A stretch of DNA of 64,000 bases from Nitrospirales bacterium (lineage in GTDB: Bacteria > Nitrospirota > Nitrospiria > Nitrospirales > UBA8639): positions 3,360,001-3,424,000 of the forward strand of contig OY820905.2 in the NCBI GenBank assembly GCA_963555755.3, given 5' to 3'. The position numbers and the translations under genes are program-made. Within the stretch, counting starts at the first letter, position 1. Each line of letters opens with the position of its first letter. A model generated the notes under the pieces. That model was not told where the DNA came from, did not search any database, and saw only the letters and a program-made list of their open reading frames with translations. Below are positions 18,266-26,784 of the stretch, one piece after another.

Positions 18266-19762
18266 ATGACCTTTGATCTCACACTATCCGTCTCCGACCT
18301 CCTCCTTCTCGCACCAGAGATTTTTCTCACACTCTGGCTGTGTGTGGTGTTGGCCGTCGATTTTTCAATCAAAAATATAGATCACGAAAATCTCGCGTAC
18401 CTTTCGGTTGGCGGAATTATTGCCACGCTCATCAATCTGATTTGGTTCGATTATATCGGGGTCCACGGTGCATTGTTTAAGGACACGTTTGTCCTGGACG
18501 GCATGGCGATCTTCTTTAAAATCCTCATTCTGCTGTCCACCGCGCTCGTCTTGTTGATGTCTATCGATTACGTCAAGAATTTCCGCTTCTTTCGTGGCGA
18601 ATATTATTTCCTCGTCATGATGTCGGCCCTGGGCATGATGTTTATGGCATCAGCCCAGGATCTGTTGTCGGTGTTCGTGACGTTAGAGTTTTCCACATTC
18701 GGGTTTTATGTGTTGGTCGCGTACCTCAGAGAAGATGAACGGTCCAGCGAAGCGGGGCTGAAATTTTTTATTCTGGGAGTGTTTGCCGCGGGCCTATTGG
18801 CATACGGGATCAGTCTGGTCTACGGAGAAACCGGAACCTTTACATTCTCTGAAATGACATCGTCACCTGGAAGCTACGGTTTGGCAATTGGCTTTATCAT
18901 GATCTTTGCCGCCCTCGGTTTCAAAATCGGTGCGGTGCCATTTCACTCTTGGATTCCTGATACGTACCAAGGCGCTCCGACACCCGTTACCGCGTTTCTC
19001 TCCATCGCTCCGAAGGCAGCGGCATTAGCTATTCTCATTCGCATGTTCTATGTCGCGCTCATCACGTTTAAGCCGATGTGGGTGTTGCTGTTTGTCGTTG
19101 CCTCGATTGTCTCGATGACCTATGGCAACATTGTGGCCATAGCGCAGAAAAATATTAAACGGCTGCTGGCGTATTCCGGCATCGCCCAAATTGGCACTGT
19201 GATGATTGGGTTGGCCGCGGGAACCAAGCGCGGAAGTGATGCGATTCTGTTCTTTCTGTTAACCTACCTGTTCGCCAATCTCGGCGCGTTTGCTGTGGTT
19301 GTCGGCGTAAGTAACCTAATCAAGAGTGATGAAATCGAGGACTACAATGGCTTGAATCGCCGATCACCCTTCCTCGCAGCGGCCATGCTGCTCTTTCTTC
19401 TGTCGTTGGCAGGCGTGCCACCACTCGCTGGATTTATCGGGAAACTCTACATCTTTCTCGCCGCCATTGAACAAGAACTCTATACGCTGTTGATTGTCGG
19501 TCTGATCAACATCGTGATCTCACTGTATTACTACCTTATTGTGGTCAAAAAGATGTACATCAACGAACCCACCGATCCCACCCCTCTCACCGTCTCAGCC
19601 CCCCTCAAAACCGTCATCTTCGTCAGCATCGCTGGTACGCTGATCCTCGGCATCTACCCCAAACCCTTCATCGACTGGGCCGTCTCAGCCACCCTCATGT
19701 TTTCCAATCTTGTAGCTCCAACAGCAGCAGTGCCTGCCGTGAGTCATTTGGTGGGCGGCTGA
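18266..19762 (+). CDS. nuoN: NADH-quinone oxidoreductase subunit N
   Basis: SSEAGLKFFILG, FKIGAVPFHSWIPDTYQGAPTP, NIKRLLAYS, SLAGVPPLAGF. Confidence 0.97.
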   Translation: MTFDLTLSVSDLLLLAPEIFLTLWLCVVLAVDFSIKNIDHENLAYLSVGGIIATLINLIWFDYIGVHGALFKDTFVLDGMAIFFKILILLSTALVLLMSIDYVKNFRFFRGEYYFLVMMSALGMMFMASAQDLLSVFVTLEFSTFGFYVLVAYLREDERSSEAGLKFFILGVFAAGLLAYGISLVYGETGTFTFSEMTSSPGSYGLAIGFIMIFAALGFKIGAVPFHSWIPDTYQGAPTPVTAFLSIAPKAAALAILIRMFYVALITFKPMWVLLFVVASIVSMTYGNIVAIAQKNIKRLLAYSGIAQIGTVMIGLAAGTKRGSDAILFFLLTYLFANLGAFAVVVGVSNLIKSDEIEDYNGLNRRSPFLAAAMLLFLLSLAGVPPLAGFIGKLYIFLAAIEQELYTLLIVGLINIVISLYYYLIVVKKMYINEPTDPTPLTVSAPLKTVIFVSIAGTLILGIYPKPFIDWAVSATLMFSNLVAPTAAVPAVSHLVGG

Positions 19763-19970
19763 TATCCCTTCCTTCCTAAGTATATTCTCACTTATGAAAA
19801 ACTCATTGTAGTTGTAAAAGAAGCTTCAAGGAAAAATATTTCTCAAGCAGAGCTTGGACAACGAATCAAACAGCTTGGAGAAGTGGCGATTACCATTGCC
19901 AAAAAGGTAGGTGTCTTGGCTGCGACCATAGCCCTATAATGAGCTGAAGGGAGAGTTGCGTAGGGGAGGG

Positions 19971-20216
19971 TTACTTCGATTTCCTTACATAAGCCTTATA
20001 GACCATTTTAGGATCGGCTTCTTCTTCTTCAAGTCCTACCATTTCATGGCCGGTGGTTTGGCACCAGGCGGGCATGTCTTTTTTGATGCCTTCGTCGTCG
20101 GATAGTACTTCGAGGACTTGGCCCATGGTGAGTTGTTTGATTTTCTTTGAAGTCATTATTATGGGCATGGGGCAGAAATAACCTAGGGTATCAAGTGTGG
20201 TGTCGGATTCGATCAT
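19971..20216 (-). CDS. tusA: TusA/SirA-like sulfur carrier protein
   Basis: LDTLGYFCPMPII (CPxP), VLSDD, AWC. Confidence 0.9.
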   Translation of the reverse strand: MIESDTTLDTLGYFCPMPIIMTSKKIKQLTMGQVLEVLSDDEGIKKDMPAWCQTTGHEMVGLEEEEADPKMVYKAYVRKSK

Positions 20217-20307
20217 TTAATTAGCTCCAATTTAATCATGAAAAAAGATTAACCCCTCACCCTTCCCTCTCCCCTCAGTGGCGAGGGTAGTTCTCTATAC
20301 TTATTTC

Positions 20308-20838
20308 TCAAATAAACAAATTCACAGCGCCGTCTTTGGCTTCCGCAAGATAGGTGGAGACGCCGGCAAGTTGGTCAATGCCATCAATCAGCGTATCTTT
20401 TGAAATCCCGAGTAAGCCAAGGGTCGTTGTGCACGCGATCATGTTCACGCCAAGATCTTGAGCAGTTTCCAGCAGCTCAGGAACAGAGGGCATCCGGTTG
20501 TCTTTCATGACCTTCTTCATCATGATGGAGCCCAAGCCGCCAAAGTGAAATCTTGACAGTGGAAGGTTCTTCGCGCCTCCTTTGTTCAGCCAACCAAAGG
20601 CCTTGCGGAGAAAGTCTTTGGCAGAACTTGTGGCGCCTTCCTTTCGAATGACATTCAATCCCCAGAAGGTAAAAAACATGGTGACTTGCATGCCCATGGC
20701 CGCGGCGCCGGTGGCGATGATAAAGGCGGCCATGGCTTTATCCATATCTCCACTCAGAAGCACGATCGTTACCTTATCAGGTTTGGTTTCTTGAAGTTGA
20801 GCGAGAGTTGTAGCGGGTTCAACTTGTGTCATACTCAT
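20308..20838 (-). CDS. DsrE/DsrF/DrsH-like (DsrE2-type) protein
   Basis: SGDMDKAMAAFIIATGAAAMG..VTMFFTFWGL, MIACT. Confidence 0.9.
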   Translation of the reverse strand: MSMTQVEPATTLAQLQETKPDKVTIVLLSGDMDKAMAAFIIATGAAAMGMQVTMFFTFWGLNVIRKEGATSSAKDFLRKAFGWLNKGGAKNLPLSRFHFGGLGSIMMKKVMKDNRMPSVPELLETAQDLGVNMIACTTTLGLLGISKDTLIDGIDQLAGVSTYLAEAKDGAVNLFI

Positions 20839-21056
20839 AAGTTCACCTATCGCATTGTATGGGAGTTAGCATGTATCTTTTCACTCTACCCCACTTTTTT
20901 TGTGCACAGAAAGCCCAGGCTCTGAAGGTGGAGAAAGAAGGAAAAGCCAGTATTTTCAACTATAATATGGCCTTTTGGGGGTTGTCAAGAAAGAGGGTTT
21001 GGGGTATGAATCCTTAGCCCAACAAATCTACGCTTGTTAGAAATGGATATCCCAGA

Positions 21057-21980
21057 ATGGCAGCACCCATCATCGAATGTGTGGCAAACTGCAGTGAGGG
21101 GCGCAATAGCGAAACGATTCATGCGCTCGCCCACGCGATCAATACCGTCAAAGACGTAAGCCTTTTGGACCAACACCATGATGTTGACCATCATCGGTGT
21201 GTGTTGACCTTTGCCGGGTCGCCTGAGGGGGTGGCCCAAGCCGCATTTAAATTAGTGAAAACGTCAACCAGGTTGATCGATATGCGTCACCATACGGGGC
21301 AGCATCCACGAATTGGCGCCACCGATGTTCTGCCATTTATCCCGCTTGACGGCGCAACGATGGGCCAGTGTGTGGATCTGGCCAGGAGCCTGGGAAAACG
21401 CATTGGCGATGAGCTTGAAATCCCCGTGTTCCTCTATGAGGAAGCGTGTGATCAACCTCACCGCAAACCGCTTGAAGCCATTCGCCGTGGGGGCTTACCT
21501 GATCTTGCGTCACGGATGGAGTCCGATCCGGCCTGGCTGCCTGATTTCGGTCCGGAGCATCCCCACCCCACGGCCGGGGCGGTAGCGATTGGAGTGCGTC
21601 ATTCGCTGATTGCCTATAATATCGTGCTGAACACGAGCGACCTAGCTATTGCCCAAGCCATTGCCAAGGTCATTCGGGCGTCCAGCGGCGGTTTGCCAGC
21701 GGTGAAGGCACTGGGCATGGAGCTAAAAACTCAAGGCTTCGTCCAGGTATCCATGAATCTCACGAATTATCGCAAAACCCCGCTCCATGTGGTGTTTGAA
21801 AAAGTCAAAGAAGAAGCGGAACAACGTGGAGTGTCGATCAAGGGGAGTGAGCTGGTTGGGTTAATCCCACAAGAGGCGGCCACTCAGGCTGCGGCACACG
21901 ATCTGAAATGTGATTCATTGGATTCCGATCACATTCTTGAGTCTCGCTTGCGCCGTTGTCAGACGGACAAATTGGAATGA
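21057..21980 (+). CDS. ftcD: Glutamate formimidoyltransferase
   Basis: ECVANCSEGRN, DHHRCVLT, HTGQHPRIGATDV, VQVSMNL, SELVGLIP. Confidence 0.93.
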   Translation: MAAPIIECVANCSEGRNSETIHALAHAINTVKDVSLLDQHHDVDHHRCVLTFAGSPEGVAQAAFKLVKTSTRLIDMRHHTGQHPRIGATDVLPFIPLDGATMGQCVDLARSLGKRIGDELEIPVFLYEEACDQPHRKPLEAIRRGGLPDLASRMESDPAWLPDFGPEHPHPTAGAVAIGVRHSLIAYNIVLNTSDLAIAQAIAKVIRASSGGLPAVKALGMELKTQGFVQVSMNLTNYRKTPLHVVFEKVKEEAEQRGVSIKGSELVGLIPQEAATQAAAHDLKCDSLDSDHILESRLRRCQTDKLE

Positions 21981-22159
21981 ACAATAGTGAACGCGGGCTG
22001 GATCCGCGGGTTTTGTGATTGTGGAATCACAGTGTATTTCATGATATGGTTTCCTAAGGGTCAAGTAAGGGTATTTTTCGGCCCTTATTTGTACAAAGAA
22101 ATCACAGCAACTTCTGAGGTTCTGAGTTCATGGGGTTCAAGGTTCAGGGTTTATGAAAG

Positions 22160-22552
22160 ATGAAAATTGAACGATTTGAAGATATTGAAGCATGGCAACT
22201 GGCGCGTGAGTTGACCCGAAAAGTGTATGGACTGGCGAAGAAGCCAGTATTTGCCAAAGATTATGGGTTAAAGAAACAGATACAAAATGCTGCTGGATCG
22301 TCGATGCATAATATCGCTGAAGGGTTCGATTCAGAGACGAATCCTGAATTTATCCGGTTCTTACGGTACGCCAAGCGGTCTTGCACGGAAGTTCAGAGTG
22401 AGTTGTATTTAGCTTTGGACGAAGAGTACATCTCGTCCGATGAATTCAAAGAAACCTTCGAGCTTGCTGGACGAACCCGTGCTGCTGTTAGGGGATTCAT
22501 TAACTATCTCAAGAAATTTGAGGAACACAACAAGGCGATCCATGAACGGTGA
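22160..22552 (+). CDS. Four-helix-bundle protein (23S rRNA-IVS protein family)
   Basis: FEDIEAWQ, DYGLKKQI..AAGS.MHNIAEGF, EFIRFL.YAKRSCTEVQSELY.ALDEEYI. Confidence 0.92.
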   Translation: MKIERFEDIEAWQLARELTRKVYGLAKKPVFAKDYGLKKQIQNAAGSSMHNIAEGFDSETNPEFIRFLRYAKRSCTEVQSELYLALDEEYISSDEFKETFELAGRTRAAVRGFINYLKKFEEHNKAIHER

Positions 22553-22830
22553 CCCCTGAACCATGAACGGTGACCCCTGAACCATGAACGGTGACCCCTG
22601 AACCATGAACGGTGAACCCTGAACCCTGAACCTTGAACCCTGAACCTTGAACCCTGAACCTTGAACGGTGACCCCTGAACCTTGAACGGTGACCCCTGAA
22701 CCTTGAACGGTGACCCCTGAACCTTGAACGGTGACCCCTGAACCTTGAACGGTGACCCCTGAACCATGAACGGTGACCCCTGAACCTTGAACGGTGAACC
22801 CTGAACCTTGAACGGTGAACCCTGAACCTG
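22540..22830 (+). repeat. Heptamer tandem array (~41 units; 21-bp higher-order repeat)
   Basis: TGAACGG-TGACCCC-TGAACC(A/T) repeated, interrupted by TGAACCC/TGAACCT; short reverse-complement array at 22118-22154. Confidence 0.95.
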
Positions 22831-22884
22831 ACAGCCTGAGTCGTTAACAATCATCCAACCCTTGTTTCCCTAAAGGAGAGTCGT

Positions 22885-23304
22885 ATGCCAGGAACGAATA
22901 TTCGAGAGACTAAGTTTGGACAAATGACAGTCGGGCAATTGATGGAAAAATGCGTGCAGTCTGCCAACAGGGACTCGAAGGCGGAATTGCTCGCTTCGTA
23001 TATGATGGAGGGGTTTGGCTCGGTGCCGATCATTGACAATTCGGAAAATTTAGTTGGCATTGTGTCAGAGTTTGACTTATTGAAAGCCCTGAGAAAAGGC
23101 AACAAACTAGGCGAGGTCTTGGCTGGTGATATCATGACTCCGAATCCTATTTCAGCCTTTCAGGGTATGGATGTGCCAGCGCTCATTGATATTTTGCAAA
23201 ACAATCATCTCATTCGGGTGCCGGTGATCGATGGTAATGGAAAATTGATCGGGATTGTCGCTCGACGGGATATCCTCCGCGGTTACCTCCAATCTGGCAG
23301 CTAA
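22885..23304 (+). CDS. CBS domain-containing protein
   Basis: VPIID..LVGIVSEFDLL and RVPVID..KLIGIVARRDIL. Confidence 0.92.
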   Translation: MPGTNIRETKFGQMTVGQLMEKCVQSANRDSKAELLASYMMEGFGSVPIIDNSENLVGIVSEFDLLKALRKGNKLGEVLAGDIMTPNPISAFQGMDVPALIDILQNNHLIRVPVIDGNGKLIGIVARRDILRGYLQSGS

Positions 23305-23317
23305 ATCCACAACCAAC

Positions 23318-23438
23318 GGGCCTGCTGCAAAAGCCCGCCAGCGGCGTTCTCAGGCCTTTGTCGTGCTCACGTACTTCATGTACGCTCCGCGCGCCAAAGT
23401 CCCTGCGGCCTTGCTGGACGAACTTTTTCAACAAGCCC
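23318..23438 (-). repeat. Family-A palindromic repeat, copy 4
   Basis: Reverse-complement core CCAGCGGCGTTCTC...GTGCTCACGTAC..GTACGCTCCGCGC...CTGCGGCCTTGCTGG. Confidence 0.9.
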
Positions 23439-23453
23439 AAAAGAGGCTTTCAC

Positions 23454-24275
23454 GTGCGACAGTTTGCCGATCGAATCGTTAAGACTGCTGGTTTTGAATA
23501 TTTCATCATTGCCCTCATTATCGGCAATGGCGCATTGCTTGGAATGGAAACGTCTCCGGCATTGGTTCAGGCCTATGGGGATTGGTTTCACCTGGGCAAT
23601 CAACTCGTTCTTGGCGTATTTATCATTGAAGCATTATTAAAGATGACGGCCGTCGCGCCTCGAGTCGGGCGCTATTTCCAGGATAGCTGGAACATCTTTG
23701 ACTTTTCAGTCATTGTCTTTTCTCTCATTCCGGCAACTGGGGATTTTGCCATGATTGCTCGGCTTGCCCGCTTGTTGCGGGTTGTCCGTCTGATTTCCAC
23801 GATCCCCGAGCTTCGGCTTATTGTCTCGACCTTGGTTCGCTCAATCCCCAGCATGGGGCATGTGATGCTCTTAATGGGGGTGATTTTTTATATCTATGCC
23901 ATCACCGGGTATCAGCTGTTTCATGAACACGATCCCACTCACTGGCGATCGCTGGGCATTGCCCTGCTCACACTCTTCCGCGTGGTCACGCTCGAAGATT
24001 GGACGGACATCATGTACACCGCCATGGAATTTCATGACCTCGCCTGGATCTATTTTGTGAGTTTCGTGGTGGTAGGAACTTTCGTGGTGGTCAATTTATT
24101 CATCGCGGTCGTGATCAATAACCTAGACGAAGCCAAGGCAGAGCGTCTTCGAGAGTTGGAGCCACCAGTCTCGCGAGAAGAAATCTTGAGTGATTTGCGG
24201 TCAACTCAAAAAGCCTTACAACGGTTAGAGGAACGATTGGAACGCCACGGTCAGCATATACCTGAAGGGAACTAA
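23454..24275 (+). CDS. Bacterial voltage-gated cation channel (BacNav-like ion transporter)
   Basis: WNIFDF, S4 RLARLLRVVRL, filter TLEDWTD, S6 NLFIAVVINN, C-terminal coiled coil; start moved to GTG 23454, after the repeat. Confidence 0.92.
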   Translation: MRQFADRIVKTAGFEYFIIALIIGNGALLGMETSPALVQAYGDWFHLGNQLVLGVFIIEALLKMTAVAPRVGRYFQDSWNIFDFSVIVFSLIPATGDFAMIARLARLLRVVRLISTIPELRLIVSTLVRSIPSMGHVMLLMGVIFYIYAITGYQLFHEHDPTHWRSLGIALLTLFRVVTLEDWTDIMYTAMEFHDLAWIYFVSFVVVGTFVVVNLFIAVVINNLDEAKAERLRELEPPVSREEILSDLRSTQKALQRLEERLERHGQHIPEGN

Positions 24276-24316
24276 CTATAGATCAAGTCCAGGCAATCAA
24301 TGTGACAAGAATATGG

Positions 24317-25405
24317 TTAGTACTGGAGCTGTTTGCCAATCGTCGAAAGTCCCTTCTGAAAATCCTCTTGCTTCAACATAGAAGCCCATGATAGGCGAAT
24401 CGCCGGCATGTCATTTGCTGGATAGTCTACAAATGGTTTCACAATAATTCCAAAGTCTAAGGCAAGCTGCTTGGCAAATTGGACATGATCTAAGTCAGAC
24501 TTTCCTTTGAATGTGAGGATGCCAGGGGCATGTGGTCCCTCCCATTCCAGGACATGACAACCTTGAATCCGGCCTAACTGTTCTTTTGCCTCCTTCTGAA
24601 AATTTAGGAGTTGTTCTGTCTCGATTCCCTTTTGATGTCTGTGTTCACAGGCCTGAGCCAACCCCGCAATGAGTCCGATGTTGTGTGTTCCGATTTCAAA
24701 TTGGGAGGCTAGCGGCCACCCTGGATTTTCCGATTGAATCTGTTGGTAATTCGGGTGCTGGAAAAAGCCATCTCGCACCACCATCGCCCCCGTGCCGAGG
24801 GGGCCCTGACACCACTTGTGTCCAGTAAGCAGGTAGACATCGAAATCCAACATGCTCAGGTCTACAGCGATATGTCCCACAGCTTGCGCACCATCGATGA
24901 TGACCACACACTGGTGTTCTTTGGCTAAAACTGAAATGTCGTGTATGGGAAAAACCCGGCCATCCACGTGAGACACATGGCTCATTACGAGGGCTTTGGG
25001 GTGGTGTTGGTTGATTTGATGTTTGAATTCTTTGATGAATTCGCCAGGGCTGACCGGCTTAATCGCGTGAATGTGAATGCCTCGGGGCTCAAGGGCGAAC
25101 AGTTGACTCGTGATGGAAGGATTTTCGTGCGTGGTGGTCAGAATGGTATCGCCCGATTTCCAATTCAATGAGGAGAGTATGAGAAAATGAGCGGTAGATG
25201 CATTCGAGACGAATGCAATGGTCGAGGGATCCGAAACATGTAATAACGAGCCAACCTTTTGCCGGCAATCACGAATTTTGTTGAGATACCACTCAATGCC
25301 GGCATCGGAATACAGATAGTGCTTGAACTCGGTCAGCGTACGTTCAACTTCCTGTTCAGCCTCTGGGAGAGTCGGGCACAATGCCGCGTAATTGAGATAG
25401 ATCAT
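24317..25405 (-). CDS. Class V PLP-dependent enzyme, probable EgtE-like C-S lyase
   Basis: YLNYAA, IDGAQAVGH, TGHKWCQGPLGTG; lies downstream of egtD. Confidence 0.8.
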   Translation of the reverse strand: MIYLNYAALCPTLPEAEQEVERTLTEFKHYLYSDAGIEWYLNKIRDCRQKVGSLLHVSDPSTIAFVSNASTAHFLILSSLNWKSGDTILTTTHENPSITSQLFALEPRGIHIHAIKPVSPGEFIKEFKHQINQHHPKALVMSHVSHVDGRVFPIHDISVLAKEHQCVVIIDGAQAVGHIAVDLSMLDFDVYLLTGHKWCQGPLGTGAMVVRDGFFQHPNYQQIQSENPGWPLASQFEIGTHNIGLIAGLAQACEHRHQKGIETEQLLNFQKEAKEQLGRIQGCHVLEWEGPHAPGILTFKGKSDLDHVQFAKQLALDFGIIVKPFVDYPANDMPAIRLSWASMLKQEDFQKGLSTIGKQLQY

Positions 25406-25473
25406 GCGTGATCACGCAAAGAAAGAAAATTCATGAGCCAAGTAGCTCAAGGAAGCGAGTACAAGAAATAGCC

Positions 25474-25643
25474 AAGGGGCTGTTCAAAAAGGCCGTTGTC
25501 TGACCCGCCCAACCCAGGCGCGCCAAGACGCGCCCTTCCACAGGCAAGGCCGCAGGTACTTTGGCGCGCGGAGCGTACTCACAGTACGTGAGCACGACAA
25601 AGGGCCGAGAACGCCGCTGGGCGGCCTTTTTGAACAGCCCCTT
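25474..25643 (+). repeat. Family-A palindromic repeat, copy 5
   Basis: AAGGGGCTGTTCAAAAAGGCCG...CGGCCTTTTTGAACAGCCCCTT; shares the TCTGACCCGCCCAACCCAGGCGCGCCAAGACGCGCCC insert with copy 1. Confidence 0.92.
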
Positions 25644-26619
25644 ATCGCTTTTTCGCTAAGGCGAGACCGTGAAGATGGTTGGAATCAGTGTACCACTCAA
25701 CAGGACTAAAACCTGCCCCGGTTAACAGGGCTTCTACCTGGTGCCGGGTATATTTCGTGCTGATTTCCGTGAGAATCTCTTCGCCTTCGTGGAGATGAAG
25801 GTTTAAATCCAATTCGGGAATGGGAATGACTTGCTCTCGAATCGATCGAAGATGCATTTCAATACGGTGCATGTCATGATTGAAACGAGCCACATGTTGA
25901 AAAGCATCCTGGTCAAACTCGGCCCCAATGACAGATTGTAAGACGCGCAACATATTTTTGTTAAAGGCGGCCGTGATTCCTGCTGAATCATTGTAGGCGG
26001 CTTCTAAACGATCGACATGGGTGATGAGTTGGACCCCAAGAAGGAAAAAATCTCCTTGGTCCATTTCATCATAGATCGATGACAAAAAGGCCTGGCTGGC
26101 CTCAGGTCCCAGGTTGCCGATGGTGCCACCTAAAATAACGACCAAGCGTCGTCCGCCATCGGGAATGTGTTCCAAGTGTGCAAGAAAATCTCCAACCACG
26201 CCATGAACCTGTAAACCTTCATATTCCTCAGCAAGTTCTTGAGCCACTCGTCGTACAATACCTTCGCTGAAATCAAACGGTACATAGAACCGGAGCTGTT
26301 TCGCGCGAGTCATGGCATCCAATAACACCCGGGTTTTGGTGGCGGCGCCTGATCCCAACTCCACTAATTCATCCGCGCCCGTTTTGGCGACGACATCATC
26401 GGCTACGGCTTCAAGTAATTGGTGCTCGGTTCGAGTTTGATAGTATTCCGGCAATTCGCAAATTTGCTCAAAGAGGGTAGACCCCCGATCATCGTAGAAA
26501 TATTTGGTCGGGAATTTTTTTGGTGTCGAAAGTAATCCATCACGAATTTCTTCTTTAATGGCTTCAGGGTCTTGGGTGTGCACATGGACATCGATAATGA
26601 CATTGGATTGATCAAGCAT
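25642..26619 (-). CDS. egtD: L-histidine N-alpha-methyltransferase
   Basis: PKKFPTKYFYDDRGS.LFEQICELPEYYQTRTE, ELGSG, GTIGN, AYNDSAGITAAFNKN, TEISTKY. Confidence 0.95.
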   Translation of the reverse strand: MLDQSNVIIDVHVHTQDPEAIKEEIRDGLLSTPKKFPTKYFYDDRGSTLFEQICELPEYYQTRTEHQLLEAVADDVVAKTGADELVELGSGAATKTRVLLDAMTRAKQLRFYVPFDFSEGIVRRVAQELAEEYEGLQVHGVVGDFLAHLEHIPDGGRRLVVILGGTIGNLGPEASQAFLSSIYDEMDQGDFFLLGVQLITHVDRLEAAYNDSAGITAAFNKNMLRVLQSVIGAEFDQDAFQHVARFNHDMHRIEMHLRSIREQVIPIPELDLNLHLHEGEEILTEISTKYTRHQVEALLTGAGFSPVEWYTDSNHLHGLALAKKR

Positions 26620-26784
26620 GGAATCGATTCCTTAACAGTGATGAAAACGTGATGGGTAATGGTGTTGAGAAGAGTCAGCCTAGAAACTGCCATTCTAGGT
26701 TCAGTCAGCAGGTCTCAAACTGTATCGCGTTGCTCAAAATTATGCAAGACTTGAGAGACGCGTGATTTCTCCTGCTTGGTCAAT

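Noticed and set aside
19763..19939. Read-through extension of nuoN (frame stays open for 58 codons after TGA)
   Set aside because: NuoN is complete at the TGA; the segment is AT-richer, lacks a good start and is more likely a fragment of an unrelated gene.
22160..22552. Diversity-generating retroelement (Avd-like gene)
   Set aside because: No reverse transcriptase and no TR/VR pair differing at adenines seen in the window.
22540..22830. Possible CRISPR array
   Set aside because: Contiguous 7/21-bp tandem units with no unique spacers and no cas genes.
22409..22854. Repetitive ORFs (VQGSPFK / RFRGHRS)
   Set aside because: Translations of the heptamer array on the antisense strand; no independent evidence of coding.
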